This document shows positions 49,024 to 59,447 of a stretch of DNA of 64,000 nt, in pieces. Position 1 is the stretch's first letter. The number at the start of each line of letters is the position of its first letter. Under the pieces are notes generated by a model that was given only the letters and a program-made list of their open reading frames with translations, searched no databases and was not told where the DNA came from. Made by a program: the position numbers and the translations under genes. The DNA comes from Chloroflexota bacterium (GTDB taxonomy: Bacteria; Chloroflexota; Anaerolineae; Anaerolineales; Anaerolineaceae), in contig JAAYZW010000107.1 of NCBI GenBank assembly GCA_012514645.1, positions 4,599-68,598 of the forward strand, read 5' to 3'.

Positions 49024-49054
49024 TGATTAATAGAAACCAGTTCTCGGAGTAACC

Positions 49055-50149
49055 ATGGCAACTAAGAAAAAGACAACTACCCAGCTCAAAGCCTCAGATC
49101 CAAACCTGGAGGAGGCAAAGAAAGCTGTTCTCGACCGCGCATTACACGACATCGTTAAAAAATACGGAGAAGGTTCCATCATGCGATTGGGAGAAGCGAC
49201 CCATATGGAGGTGGCTTCGATTCCCACCGGCTCGCTCTCTCTGGACATGGCACTCGGTGTTGGCGGCATCCCCAAAGCCCGTATCACCGAAATTTATGGT
49301 CCCGAATCTTCAGGTAAGACCACAATCTGTCAGCACATCGTGGCAGAATGCCAGGCACAAGGCGGCACTGCCGCGTACATCGACATGGAACACGCGCTCG
49401 ATCCGACCTATGCCGCGCGCTGTGGTGTCAACGTTCAGGAGTTGCTCATTTCTCAACCGGATACAGGCGAACAAGCACTCGAAATCGCTGAAACGCTGGT
49501 ACGTTCGGGCGCGGTGGATTTGGTTGTGGTTGATTCGGTTGCCGCCCTGGTTCCCCGCTCTGAAATCGAAGGCGATATGGGTGATGCCACCATGGGCGTG
49601 CAGGCTCGTCTGATGTCACAGGCAATGCGCAAGCTTTCTGGCGCGATCAGCCAGACGAAAACAGCGGTGATTTTCACGAACCAACTGCGCCAGAAAATCG
49701 GGGTCATGTTTGGCAACCCCGAGACGACAACAGGCGGCAACGCGCTTAAGTTTTATGCTTCGGTGCGGCTGGACGTTCGCCGGGTGCAATCGATCAAGGT
49801 TGGTGCCGAGATCGTTGGTAATCGTGTGCGCGTGCGCGTGGTCAAGAACAAAGTCTCCGCGCCTTTCCGTACTGCCGAATTCGACATCATGTACAACGAG
49901 GGCATCTCTAAGTCGGGTGATGTTCTCGACCTGGCAACGAATCTGGAAGTCATCGAAAAACGTGGGTCTTTCTATTCTTACAAAGACCAGCGGTTGGGTC
50001 AGGGTCGCGAAGCTTCCAAGAATTTCCTCTCCCAAAACCTGGAGATCCGCAATGAGATCGAAGAAACAGTGCGCGGGTTGGCAGATGCTGAGCAGCTACA
50101 GCAGAGTTTTGACCCCAGTGAAGACGACGAGAGCCTGGCAGACGATTAA
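49055..50149 (+). CDS. recA: Recombinase RecA
   Basis: [12 protein letters not shown] Walker [43 protein letters not shown], and an acidic C-terminus. Confidence 0.97.
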   Translation: MATKKKTTTQLKASDPNLEEAKKAVLDRALHDIVKKYGEGSIMRLGEATHMEVASIPTGSLSLDMALGVGGIPKARITEIYGPESSGKTTICQHIVAECQAQGGTAAYIDMEHALDPTYAARCGVNVQELLISQPDTGEQALEIAETLVRSGAVDLVVVDSVAALVPRSEIEGDMGDATMGVQARLMSQAMRKLSGAISQTKTAVIFTNQLRQKIGVMFGNPETTTGGNALKFYASVRLDVRRVQSIKVGAEIVGNRVRVRVVKNKVSAPFRTAEFDIMYNEGISKSGDVLDLATNLEVIEKRGSFYSYKDQRLGQGREASKNFLSQNLEIRNEIEETVRGLADAEQLQQSFDPSEDDESLADD

Positions 50150-50162
50150 TAGCCGCTAATTC

Positions 50163-50189
50163 AAAAAGCCGGCGCAGGTCGGCTTTTTT
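50163..50189 (+). terminator. Intrinsic terminator after recA
   Basis: AAAAAGCCG-GCGCAGGT-CGGCTTTTTT: a GC core stem followed by a T-run, 14 nt after the recA stop. Confidence 0.8.
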
Positions 50190-50205
50190 AAAAATTTGAA
50201 ATCTG

Positions 50206-51180
50206 ATGAAACAAATAAAAACAACAGACGCAGTCGGGATGATGCTGGCACACGATCACACCCAAATCATCATAGACAAATTTAAAGGTGTGCGCTTTCC
50301 CAAGGGACATATCATCCGCGAAGAAGATATACCGCTTTTGCTCGAAATGGGAAAAGAGACCATTTACATACTCGAGATCGAAGCCGGCATGCTCCACGAA
50401 AACGATGCCGCTGCGATCTTGAGCGGGATCACCATGGGTCAAAACCTACGGGCAGGCGCAACCCAGGAAGGCAAGATTGAGCTGTTTGCTGAATGTGACG
50501 GACTGTTTACTATTGATGCGCAAAAATTGTTTCAGCTAAATCTGGCTGAGCATGTCGTTATTTCTGCCCGTGAGAATCATACCCCAGTTAAGACAGGCGA
50601 GAAGGTGGCGGCTATGCGGGTGGTTCCGTTGGTAATTGAGGAGTCACGCCTGGCTGCCCTGCAAAGCAGCGTTTTGAATCCGGTTTTCGAGGTACTGCCC
50701 TACCGCGAGCTGACTGCTGCTATTTTCGTGACCGGCAATGAAATTTCTTCCGGACGTATCAAAGATACCTTTTCACCGGTTGTCCTCAAAATGCTGTCGG
50801 CTTATCCTGTTGAGGTAAGAATCGTTAAAGAAGTTGGCGATGAGCTGGCGACAATCAAAGCTGAAATCGAACAAGCCCATGCTGCCGGCATTGACCTGAT
50901 CTTTTGCACAGGAGGCATGAGCGTTGACCCCGACGACAGCACGCCTGGCGCGATCCGCGCCGCCGGAGCCAATATTGTCACCTATGGAACACCGGTCTTT
51001 CCCGGCGCGATGTTCATGTTGGCATATTTTAAGAATGGCACCACAGTGATGGGGTTGCCCGGAGGCGTAATGTATGCCCGAAAATCTATTCTGGACCTGG
51101 TCTTACCCCGCGTCATCGCCGGTCAGAGCCTGGCGAAAGACGACTTCGCCAACATGGCAATTGGTGGGTTGTTTTCTTAA
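50206..51180 (+). CDS. Molybdopterin-binding (MoCF_biosynth/MoeA-like) domain protein
   Basis: The C-terminal block DLIFCTGGMSVDPDDSTPGAI...GTPVFPGAMFMLAY resembles MoCF-binding domains. The N-terminal half is uncharacterised. Confidence 0.45.
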   Translation: MKQIKTTDAVGMMLAHDHTQIIIDKFKGVRFPKGHIIREEDIPLLLEMGKETIYILEIEAGMLHENDAAAILSGITMGQNLRAGATQEGKIELFAECDGLFTIDAQKLFQLNLAEHVVISARENHTPVKTGEKVAAMRVVPLVIEESRLAALQSSVLNPVFEVLPYRELTAAIFVTGNEISSGRIKDTFSPVVLKMLSAYPVEVRIVKEVGDELATIKAEIEQAHAAGIDLIFCTGGMSVDPDDSTPGAIRAAGANIVTYGTPVFPGAMFMLAYFKNGTTVMGLPGGVMYARKSILDLVLPRVIAGQSLAKDDFANMAIGGLFS

Positions 51181-51401
51181 TTTTTTAATGGTCATAGGGG
51201 GAGACCCCCGCGTTCGGGACCGCGTGGTCATGATGCTGCGAGCGCAGCGAGCAGTACAACCGCCTCCTACACTTACATCTGTCACCCCCAAAAAAGCATA
51301 GCCTTCCGATACAAAACCTTGTATAATGCTTGTGGAACTACAATTCTACGATAAGCATATAATGACTATCTTATCCAAGTCAAGAAGAGAGGAATAATCC
51401 C

Positions 51402-52865
51402 ATGAACACCAAGCGCTTTACCATCCTCCATTCCAATGATATGCACGGAGATTTTTTGGCAGAGGTAGCTGAAGGTGGGGGTCATATGATTGGCGGCATC
51501 TCGCTGCTCAGTGGCTACATCAATCAGGTCCGCAGTGAAGAAAAAAATGTCATTTACACCATCTCAGGCGATATGGTTCAGGGTTCGATTATCGACTCGG
51601 AATACAAAGGCATAAGCACCATCGAAATCATGAATTATCTCGCGCCGGATGTGGCATCGCTCGGGAACCATGAGCTAGATTACGGCTTGCCTCATCTGCT
51701 TTTCTTAGAAAAAATGGCGAACTTCCCAATCATTAATGCCAACCTCTATATCAAAAAGTACAACAAACGCTTGCTGATGCCTTATATCATCCTACCAATT
51801 GATGGTTTTGATGTCCTTTTTATCGGCATCGTAACCGAAACAGTGTTGGATTCCCTCAAACTTGACAACCACATTGGTACATTCATCACACTCGAGGAAG
51901 CTTCTGCTGAAATCGGCAAAATATGCGATGCTTACAAAAACGATGATATTGACCTGACCGTGCTGCTAACCCATATTGGTCTGGATTCTGACAAAGAGCT
52001 TGCAGCCATGTTAAAACCCGAATGGGGGGTCGATCTGATCCTGGGAGGTCATTCCCACAGCTATATGGATCAGCCCGAAGTTGTCAATGACATTCTGATC
52101 GCCCAAGCTGCTGTAGGTTCAGACCAGATCGGTCGTTTTGACATAGTGGTGGACGATGACACCAACTCCATCGTAAACTGGAAATGGCAGCTGGTTCCAA
52201 TTACCAGCGATACCATCGAACCGGATATGGAATTGCACGATTTTATCGAGTCGTACCAAAACATCCTTGATGCAAAATACAACACCTTACTTTGCCGAAT
52301 GGCGAGAACTCTTACCCATCCTGATCGCGAAGTAGAGACCGAGATTGGAAACCTTTTTTCAGACATTTTTGCAGAAAACACGGGGCTGGATGTAGCCTTC
52401 ATTGGCAGTGGATCAATTCGACAGAAGGAGTTGGGTCCCATCGTAACCCTGCGTGATATCAAGCAAATTTTTCCTTTTGAGGACACCTTCTCCCGATTCT
52501 CCGTCACTGGTGAACAACTGCTTAAAATTTTCAGCCATATCATGCGTAAAAGCAATCGCAACAGTGAGGGCGAGTGTTACCAGGTGAATCAGGGAGTAAG
52601 TGCTGTTTATGATGACGCTTCAGCCAAACTGGTTAGTCTGACTATCGGTGAAAAGCCTGTGGAAAACGATCAAATCTACAAAATTGGTCTGCAGGAATAT
52701 CACGTCATCAATTGTGAAAAGAATCTCGGAATATCGATTGATGAGCTCACACAAATCGCACCATCCCGGGTTGTCGTCGCCTCGATGCAAGCTGTACTCG
52801 ATGAATACTTCCGCCATCACCAGGCTATCAACCGCACGGTTGAGGGCCGCCTGGTTTATAGATAG
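51402..52865 (+). CDS. Bifunctional metallophosphatase/5'-nucleotidase
   Basis: ILHSNDMHGDF, GNHELDYG and GGHSH metallophosphoesterase motifs plus a C-terminal 5'-nucleotidase domain. Confidence 0.85.
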   Translation: MNTKRFTILHSNDMHGDFLAEVAEGGGHMIGGISLLSGYINQVRSEEKNVIYTISGDMVQGSIIDSEYKGISTIEIMNYLAPDVASLGNHELDYGLPHLLFLEKMANFPIINANLYIKKYNKRLLMPYIILPIDGFDVLFIGIVTETVLDSLKLDNHIGTFITLEEASAEIGKICDAYKNDDIDLTVLLTHIGLDSDKELAAMLKPEWGVDLILGGHSHSYMDQPEVVNDILIAQAAVGSDQIGRFDIVVDDDTNSIVNWKWQLVPITSDTIEPDMELHDFIESYQNILDAKYNTLLCRMARTLTHPDREVETEIGNLFSDIFAENTGLDVAFIGSGSIRQKELGPIVTLRDIKQIFPFEDTFSRFSVTGEQLLKIFSHIMRKSNRNSEGECYQVNQGVSAVYDDASAKLVSLTIGEKPVENDQIYKIGLQEYHVINCEKNLGISIDELTQIAPSRVVVASMQAVLDEYFRHHQAINRTVEGRLVYR

Positions 52866-52928
52866 AGGTTACCGTCATTCACAAGCACTCTCATTCTGAC
52901 CAGGCTTTTTGTAAGGACTGATTATCCC

Positions 52929-52993
52929 ATAGGGCGAGATTGGAGGTGCCGGATAATTCCAGTGTAAATAGCGCATTGCACCTCCAATCCGCC
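52929..52993. repeat. Long hairpin repeat A1
   Basis: ATAG followed by GGCGAGATTGGAGGTGC / GCACCTCCAATCCGCC (16 bp with one bulged A) around a 28-nt loop. Confidence 0.7.
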
Positions 52994-53084
52994 GAAGCGT
53001 GTGTGATGATTGATATCGGCTCAGGATGACAAACAGGGAGGGGGGAAAGATCCTTCGCTGCGCTCAGGATGACAAGATCAGGCT

Positions 53085-53149
53085 GTAGGGCGAGATTGAG
53101 GGCACCGTGAGTTTTGTGCAATTCGTATGTATTGTGCCCTCAATCCGCC
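53085..53149. repeat. Long hairpin repeat A2
   Basis: GTAG followed by GGCGAGATTGAGGGCAC / GTGCCCTCAATCCGCC around a 28-nt loop. Four stem positions differ from A1 and all four are compensated. Confidence 0.7.
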
Positions 53150-53236
53150 ATTTTATAGCAACCGGGGGAAAAGATGGCTTCGCACTTGAACGCAATCGGA
53201 ACAGGCATGTCCAGTTCCCGAAGACCCGTCCATGCG

Positions 53237-53953
53237 TCATTTCCTGATTTCAAACCGCCATGGGCCTACAACAACGCCGCTGCTGGCTTCTGCTATCAAC
53301 GCATCAACGGCTGACTGCGCTTCCGCAATCGAAACCCGGTAGCCGCTCGCATCACATTCCACGGTCAAACCCGGGAAATCTGCCCCAACGGTCTCTTCAA
53401 TATAAGGCAGGCGCAGATCCTCGCAATACTTCACTGAACCAGAGGCTGTTTGGGTGGAAAGTTCCAAAATCTCGAGGACAATCACCCTGCCTTCCAAGTC
53501 TTCTGGTAAATCGCTAAAAATTAATTCGTCAATCTGGTAGGTTTCCATGCTTTCCGATTCCAGACAGCGTTCAATCTCATTATAAGAAGGCTGATACAGG
53601 CAGTAAATATTGGCTCCTTTTTGGTAAATCCGCTCAAAAAATACTGTTTGGGCGTTGAGATAACTTTCGCCGCCCTCAACTTTGAGCACGACTCTACTGA
53701 TGTACCAGTTTCGCCAATCGACCAATGGGAACTTAACCCTCAATACGAGGTCATTTCCCTTCTGCGTCACGTGCAGCACTTCCATGGTCAGATCAGATGC
53801 GCTTGCCTGGATCGGTTCTGTGATCCAGGATGTCGTCGCCAGGTTGGAAATCGGCACGCTTACAACTTCGGTTGGCTTGTTATTTCCACAACCTGCAATC
53901 ATGGTCGCGGCTAACAATATCAAAAACAGTAACAGTATTGGTTTTCTTTTCAT
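53237..53953 (-). CDS. Hypothetical lipoprotein
   Basis: Signal peptide with lipobox MIAGC|G. I recognise no family. Confidence 0.55.
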   Translation of the reverse strand: MKRKPILLLFLILLAATMIAGCGNNKPTEVVSVPISNLATTSWITEPIQASASDLTMEVLHVTQKGNDLVLRVKFPLVDWRNWYISRVVLKVEGGESYLNAQTVFFERIYQKGANIYCLYQPSYNEIERCLESESMETYQIDELIFSDLPEDLEGRVIVLEILELSTQTASGSVKYCEDLRLPYIEETVGADFPGLTVECDASGYRVSIAEAQSAVDALIAEASSGVVVGPWRFEIRK

Positions 53954-54090
53954 GTTAACTCCTTCCGCTCCATCTTGTACTAACGATGGATAGAAACACA
54001 GTTAATTTTATTTATACCTTATTTTCTCAATTACTCAATTGGCGCGGAATAAAACTTCTTCGTTGCTCGATATTGAATTGGTTATCAATC

Positions 54091-54122
54091 TTAAAATAAT
54101 GGATGTCTGATTCACATCCATT
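54091..54122 (-). terminator. Candidate intrinsic terminator after queA
   Basis: AATGGATGT/ACATCCATT forms a 9-bp stem with a 7-nt loop (54098..54122). On the minus strand it is followed by TTATTTTAA. Confidence 0.5.
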
Positions 54123-54210
54123 CCGATACGCTTTTCTTGCCAGGAATGTTCGTATGTGTCGAAGCCAATTTCGCTTTGCAAAAGGGACTCAGACCATTGT
54201 TTAGCATCAC

Positions 54211-55221
54211 TTACATCATCAACATCGCATCGCCGAACGAGAAAAAACGATACCCTTCTGCCTTGGCGATTTCATAGGCATTCAAAATCTGCTCCCTGCC
54301 AGCGAAAGCACTCACCAACATCAGCAGGGTCGATCTCGGCAAATGGAAGTTCGTGATCATCGCATCCACGCACTTAAACTGATAGCCCGGGAGAATAAAC
54401 AAACCGGTTTCGCCCGAAAATGCCCTGATCACGCCATCCTGGCAGGCACTTTCGAGCGTGCGCACGCTGGTGGTCCCAACCGCGATCACCCTGCCGCCCG
54501 TCTCTTTCGTTTGCCTGATAATCCCCGCCACTGCTTCGCTCAGAAAACACCATTCCTTATGGATAATGTGCTCTTCGGCAGTTTCTTCTGTGACCGGAGC
54601 GAAAGTATCCAGCCCAACCCGCAGCTCAATTTTTGCAAGGTTTATACCTTTTTCCGATATTTTTTTCAACAGCTCGGGAGTGAAGTGCAGCCCGGCAGTC
54701 GGAGCCGCAGCAGAACCAGGAGCTTCGTTATAAACCGTCTGGTAGCGTTCAGGGTCACCGAGGTAATCGTGAATATAAGGCGGCAGCGGGGTGTGACCAG
54801 CCCGGTCAAAAAATTGTTCGATCGGCGCAGCGAAACGCAACACTCGTTTGGAGCCCTCCAAAACGCGCTCAACCTCTCCCTGGGGTCCGTTTTCAATCTG
54901 AAAAACCCGTCCCTCAACCATTCCACTGCCACCGACCAAAACTTCCCAACGCAAAGTGTCCAGCTTGTTTAGCAGCAAGACTTCAATCCTGCCGCCTCCA
55001 GGCAGTTTGTTCCCAAACAACCGCGCGGGAATGACGCGGGTTTCGTTGACCACCAGCAAATCCCCCGGACACAGGTAATCGATAAGGTCATAAAAATGCC
55101 GGTGTTCGACAGTGCCCGTCTTGCGATCGAGAACAAGCAGGCGCGAATGGTCGCGGCGCTTGGTGGGAGTCTGGGCGATGAAGCGCTCAGGCAGATCGTA
55201 GTTAAATTCTTCAGTTTTCAT
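54211..55221 (-). CDS. queA: S-adenosylmethionine:tRNA ribosyltransferase-isomerase
   Basis: FNYDLPERFIAQTP, SRLLVLDR, TAGLHFT and FFSFGDAMLM. Confidence 0.92.
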   Translation of the reverse strand: MKTEEFNYDLPERFIAQTPTKRRDHSRLLVLDRKTGTVEHRHFYDLIDYLCPGDLLVVNETRVIPARLFGNKLPGGGRIEVLLLNKLDTLRWEVLVGGSGMVEGRVFQIENGPQGEVERVLEGSKRVLRFAAPIEQFFDRAGHTPLPPYIHDYLGDPERYQTVYNEAPGSAAAPTAGLHFTPELLKKISEKGINLAKIELRVGLDTFAPVTEETAEEHIIHKEWCFLSEAVAGIIRQTKETGGRVIAVGTTSVRTLESACQDGVIRAFSGETGLFILPGYQFKCVDAMITNFHLPRSTLLMLVSAFAGREQILNAYEIAKAEGYRFFSFGDAMLMM

Positions 55222-55366
55222 TAAACCAATAGTTCACTAATCTAAGTCGGGTCAACAGATATTTTACAAGACTGTTGATATTATGGGATTCATTTTCGTC
55301 ACGAACTTGAGCTGGTTATTGACAACCATTCATTCATGACAACCTATTTTCGAAAAGAGCTGAGGA

Positions 55367-56413
55367 TTATGATAAATATTCTCCATCAAACAGATCTGGC
55401 TGATTTCTTGGAGCAGAATACTTCCTTTCCATGTGTTCATACGCGCGTTGGGTAGCCACCCGCCCCTGTGCCGTTCGGTCAATAAAACCACACTGCAACA
55501 GGTACGGTTCGACCACGTCCATGATCGTGTCGGCTTCCTCACTGACCGAAGCTGAGATTGTGTTCAAGCCAACCGGTCCGCCATTATATTTATCAATAAT
55601 CGCCAGCAGCACCCTCCGGTCCATCTCATCAAGCCCAAGCGGGTCAATGCTGAGCATGCCCAAGCCATCTTCTGCAACCTCTTTTGTGATCGTACCGTTT
55701 GCGCGCACATCGGCAAAGTCGCGCACGCGACGCAGCAAACGGAGTGCGATTCGGGGAGTTCCACGCGCCCGTCGGGCGATTTCCTGTACACCGTCTTCCA
55801 TGTAAGGCACCTTCAGAAGCCCTGCTCCGCGGCGGATGATCGCTGCCAGTGCTTCCTGGTCATAATAATCCATTCGATAAACCGCCCCAAAACGTGCTCG
55901 CAATGGTGAGGATAGCAGCGCCAGCCGCGTGGTCGCGCCGACCACGGTAAAGCGCGGCAACTTAAGGCGCACCGATTTGGCTGCTGGTCCCTTGCCAATA
56001 ATAATATCCAGAGCATAATCTTCCATCGCCGGATAAAGGATTTCTTCGACCAGTTTTCCCAAGCGGTGAACTTCGTCGATGAAGAGGATATCTCCTGCCC
56101 GCAGGTTGGTCAGAATCGCAGCCAGGTCACCTGCCCGTTCAATCGCAGGACCGGATGTCACTTTGATATTGACGCCCATCTCAGAAGCCAAAATGTGCGC
56201 CAAGGTGGTTTTGCCAAGCCCGGGAGGACCGTGAAAGAGCACGTGTTCCAACGCCTCGCCGCGTTGTTTGGCTGCCTGGATCTGGATATGCAGGTTATCC
56301 TTGACACCCTGCTGACCGATTAATTCATCCAGGGTGGTCGGGCGCAAAGCCATGTCCACGCTATCTTCTGCGCGTTTCGCTGCCAGGATGCTGTCGTCGT
56401 TTTTGGTAACCAT
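55367..56413 (-). CDS. ruvB: Holliday junction branch migration helicase RuvB
   Basis: [32 protein letters not shown] and [16 protein letters not shown]. Confidence 0.95.
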   Translation of the reverse strand: MVTKNDDSILAAKRAEDSVDMALRPTTLDELIGQQGVKDNLHIQIQAAKQRGEALEHVLFHGPPGLGKTTLAHILASEMGVNIKVTSGPAIERAGDLAAILTNLRAGDILFIDEVHRLGKLVEEILYPAMEDYALDIIIGKGPAAKSVRLKLPRFTVVGATTRLALLSSPLRARFGAVYRMDYYDQEALAAIIRRGAGLLKVPYMEDGVQEIARRARGTPRIALRLLRRVRDFADVRANGTITKEVAEDGLGMLSIDPLGLDEMDRRVLLAIIDKYNGGPVGLNTISASVSEEADTIMDVVEPYLLQCGFIDRTAQGRVATQRAYEHMERKYSAPRNQPDLFDGEYLS

Positions 56414-56462
56414 CTCAAAAATTATACCCGCAATTAATCACTGATTGAGTATAATAACCCGC

Positions 56463-57440
56463 ATGAAACTTTCCATCGTCGTCCCGGTATATAACGAACA
56501 AGAAAACCTTCCCGAATTATTCGACCAGGTGCTGGATGTGATGAAGGATGTTGATTATGACTGGGATATCACCTTTGTCGATGATGGCAGCAAAGATGCC
56601 AGCGTGAAGGTAATGAAACTGCTGCAGGAAAAACACCCGAACCACGTGCGCAGCGTCGTTTTCAGCCGAAACTATGGGCAAACCGCAGCGATTTCAGCCG
56701 GAATCGACAACAGCGATGGCGATATCGTGGTGCTGATGGATGCAGATCTGCAAAACGACCCTGCTGATATCCCGCTGCTGCTGGCAGAACTGGAAAAAGG
56801 TTACGATGTGGTCAGCGGCTGGCGCAAAGACCGCCAGGATAACCCCATGACCCGCACGATTCCTTCCCGCTTCGCCAACCACCTGATTTCGAGCACAACC
56901 GGCGTGCATCTTCATGATTATGGCTGCACGCTCAAGGCTTACCGACGTAATGTTTTGGATAAGATTAATCTTTACGGCGAGATGCACCGCTTTATCCCGG
57001 TTTACGCCGATGATGCCGGCGCGAAGATCAGCGAAGTGGTTGTTCAGCACCACCCTCGCAAGCATGGAAAAGCTAACTACGGTCTTGAACGTACGCTCAA
57101 GGTGGTTTTAGACCTGATCACGGTCAAATTTTTAATGAAGTTCTCCAAAAAACCGATCTATCTGTTTGGTGGAGTCGGATTTGGCATGATGGTGATCGGC
57201 TTTGGTTTGTTTGTCTGGTTGGCAATTCGCCGAATCATGAGCGAGATCGGGGTTTTGACCTCGCCCTGGTTTCAGATCGCTGTGATGATGTTTTTGCTCG
57301 GCTTCATTGCCATCCTGATGGGTTTGATCGCCGAATTGTTAATGCGCACTTATTTTGAGTCTCAGAAAAAGAAGACCTATACCGTCCGGGAAGTAGTCGA
57401 GCCAACCCCTCAGGATTTGCGGGATTTGGTCGAAGCCTGA
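56463..57440 (+). CDS. GT2 polyprenyl-phosphate glycosyltransferase (DPM1/GtrB/ArnC-like)
   Basis: KLSIVVPVYNEQENL, FVDDGSKD, LMDADLQNDP and two C-terminal TM helices. The ATG at 56463 is preferred. Confidence 0.85.
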   Translation: MKLSIVVPVYNEQENLPELFDQVLDVMKDVDYDWDITFVDDGSKDASVKVMKLLQEKHPNHVRSVVFSRNYGQTAAISAGIDNSDGDIVVLMDADLQNDPADIPLLLAELEKGYDVVSGWRKDRQDNPMTRTIPSRFANHLISSTTGVHLHDYGCTLKAYRRNVLDKINLYGEMHRFIPVYADDAGAKISEVVVQHHPRKHGKANYGLERTLKVVLDLITVKFLMKFSKKPIYLFGGVGFGMMVIGFGLFVWLAIRRIMSEIGVLTSPWFQIAVMMFLLGFIAILMGLIAELLMRTYFESQKKKTYTVREVVEPTPQDLRDLVEA

Positions 57441-57446
57441 GTTTCC

Positions 57447-57468
57447 GGGACGGTATGGTAGCCGTCCC
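57447..57468. terminator. Hairpin between the convergent GT2 gene and the 57488 gene
   Basis: GGGACGG/CCGTCCC forms a 7-bp stem with an 8-nt loop. There is no clear U-tract on either strand. Confidence 0.35.
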
Positions 57469-57487
57469 TTGCGGATATCCCCTGTTT

Positions 57488-59446
57488 TTACTGATTGGTT
57501 ATTTGGCGCAGGCGCTCCATTAATTCTGGTTGATTATTGGATATGAGCAAGTTAATTTCTCCCTGGTCCCAGCTGAGCGCAAGTTGATAGTCCATTAGTA
57601 CCGGCAGAGTCACTTTGCGTACATAGCTATTGTTCTCATCAGCAAAACTACTCCAGCTTGCCTGGATATCGGTTTTGATCTGGTCAAAGATGATCGCACT
57701 ATAATAATGATCATCGAGGAGGTCGTAAAACTCTTGGAGATACTCCATGTTATTTCCTATCGCCATTTCCATCAGGAAGACTTTCTCGTATTCCGGGACG
57801 ATATCAACGCCTGTTATCTCGCCCATCGTCAGCAGCTGACGCTCGGTTACGAAAAGAATTGGTCCGGGTTTTACTTCATTGATAACCTCAACCGCCTGCT
57901 GAATCTGTTGCAGCCTGACCTGTTCGTCCGAATCGTGCCCTCCTGACCAGGACCCCGAACGCATAAATGCAAACATAACCGGAACGAGGCACACAAACAT
58001 CAGCAACAGACCAGGTATTCTCGGCAAATCGGGCAAATGACTACGCGCAGCAGGATCGTCCGCGATAAGACGCCCTGACAGCAGGCTCAGGCTGATCAGC
58101 AGGAAGAAGACTAAAAAAGCATCCAGGTTGTGAAGGTCGCCTCCCCCACCGATTTTCAGGCTCACCAGCATGCCGCCGACAAAGAAGACAATTAAAATGC
58201 CAGACAATCCCAGCCAGCGCAGCCAATGTATCTTAGCGCCCTTGCTTTGACGGAGCAACCAACCCGTAAGCATAAGCAGCGGCAAACAGACCAGAATTAT
58301 CGCCGGTAAAACTCCCAACATAAATGTCGAATTCGGAAGCAACCGCGACCAAAGCAGATCGGAGCTAAAGGCAGAGTCGAAAAAAGCCGGGTTCTCCCCT
58401 GAGATCGTCTGATAAAACTGCTTGCTTCCAAAAGCAATCGCCACACCCAAAACAGACCACATAACAGGCCACTTCAGATAACCCAGCCAGTCCTTCCCAT
58501 CAAACGGTCTGTCGATCAGGTATAGTGATACTGCCAGCAAAGCAGGCACCGGAATCCAATTGATACGGCTGATTCCTGCCCATAATGAGGCGACGATGAC
58601 AAACAAAAGCGTCCGAAATGGCTTATCTTTTTGGTAACCAATCAAGATCAAAATCACGCAGACCATCAGGTGGTAATAGACAGCTCCCTGGAAAAAGAAC
58701 AGGAAGCAAAAAGCACTCAACCAAAAGACCGGCAATTTGAGACCTTTACCGATTTTGCTGGCAAACAACCACGATGCCCAGCCGGTTAACCCAATCCACA
58801 ACAAGACTTGCCACAGTCGGTGAAGAAATATTGAATCAATGTTTAACAAAAACGGGAAGGCTTGCATCAAGTAGCGGCTGGGGTGCAACGCAGGCAAAGG
58901 CAAGCTTTGTCCGTATAGCTTTTCAGAGTAAAAGAGCGAAGCGTTATAGAACCGGCTGCCTTCAGACCAACCCAACGAGAAAGGTGAACTGCTGACTTCG
59001 TTTACAAACGCCCCTGTTCGATAAAGGACGCCCCCAAACAGCAATACGGAAGCGAAGACGTAATAAGGGTTTTTATTCGGGTAAAAGTGTGCGACAAGAG
59101 CTCCACAAAGCGCTGCCCAGATCAACAGGATTACAAACCTGGCACCACCCTTAGCGAGCAACTCCCCGGAAAATGTGAAGAAAAAAATGACCAACAAAGC
59201 GGCGGACCAGGCGGGTTGGGAAAAGATTTTTCGCTCAGCAAATGTTCTGTCTGACTTCCGACGAAAAGCTGGTTTTCTAATCATTAAGAAGGATAAGAAA
59301 ATGACCGCGACAGCGAAAATCACCAGGTTGATTGTGTACCAGGTGTTTTGATAGTTCCGGTTTTCAAAGGCGAACCAGACAGTGCTAAACAGGATGGCGA
59401 TCAGTCCATTACGGATGTAACCAGTCAGGTCAATTTTTGATTCCAT
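57488..59446 (-). CDS. Large multi-pass membrane protein, paralog A (putative GT-C-like)
   Basis: 652 aa and strongly hydrophobic, with a ~150-aa soluble C-terminus. It is collinear with 60513..62432 (FSLGWSEGS, HRLWQV, FFFQG, INWIP-PALLA, LHNLDAFLV). Confidence 0.55.
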   Translation of the reverse strand: MESKIDLTGYIRNGLIAILFSTVWFAFENRNYQNTWYTINLVIFAVAVIFLSFLMIRKPAFRRKSDRTFAERKIFSQPAWSAALLVIFFFTFSGELLAKGGARFVILLIWAALCGALVAHFYPNKNPYYVFASVLLFGGVLYRTGAFVNEVSSSPFSLGWSEGSRFYNASLFYSEKLYGQSLPLPALHPSRYLMQAFPFLLNIDSIFLHRLWQVLLWIGLTGWASWLFASKIGKGLKLPVFWLSAFCFLFFFQGAVYYHLMVCVILILIGYQKDKPFRTLLFVIVASLWAGISRINWIPVPALLAVSLYLIDRPFDGKDWLGYLKWPVMWSVLGVAIAFGSKQFYQTISGENPAFFDSAFSSDLLWSRLLPNSTFMLGVLPAIILVCLPLLMLTGWLLRQSKGAKIHWLRWLGLSGILIVFFVGGMLVSLKIGGGGDLHNLDAFLVFFLLISLSLLSGRLIADDPAARSHLPDLPRIPGLLLMFVCLVPVMFAFMRSGSWSGGHDSDEQVRLQQIQQAVEVINEVKPGPILFVTERQLLTMGEITGVDIVPEYEKVFLMEMAIGNNMEYLQEFYDLLDDHYYSAIIFDQIKTDIQASWSSFADENNSYVRKVTLPVLMDYQLALSWDQGEINLLISNNQPELMERLRQITNQ

Positions 59447-59447
59447 G

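Noticed and set aside
52891-53121. 76-aa minus-strand ORF spanning the hairpin repeat region (contains VILSAAKDL and a duplicated NLAL)
   Set aside because: Its internal repeats simply mirror the DNA repeats, and it has no start context. I interpret it as a non-coding repeat region.
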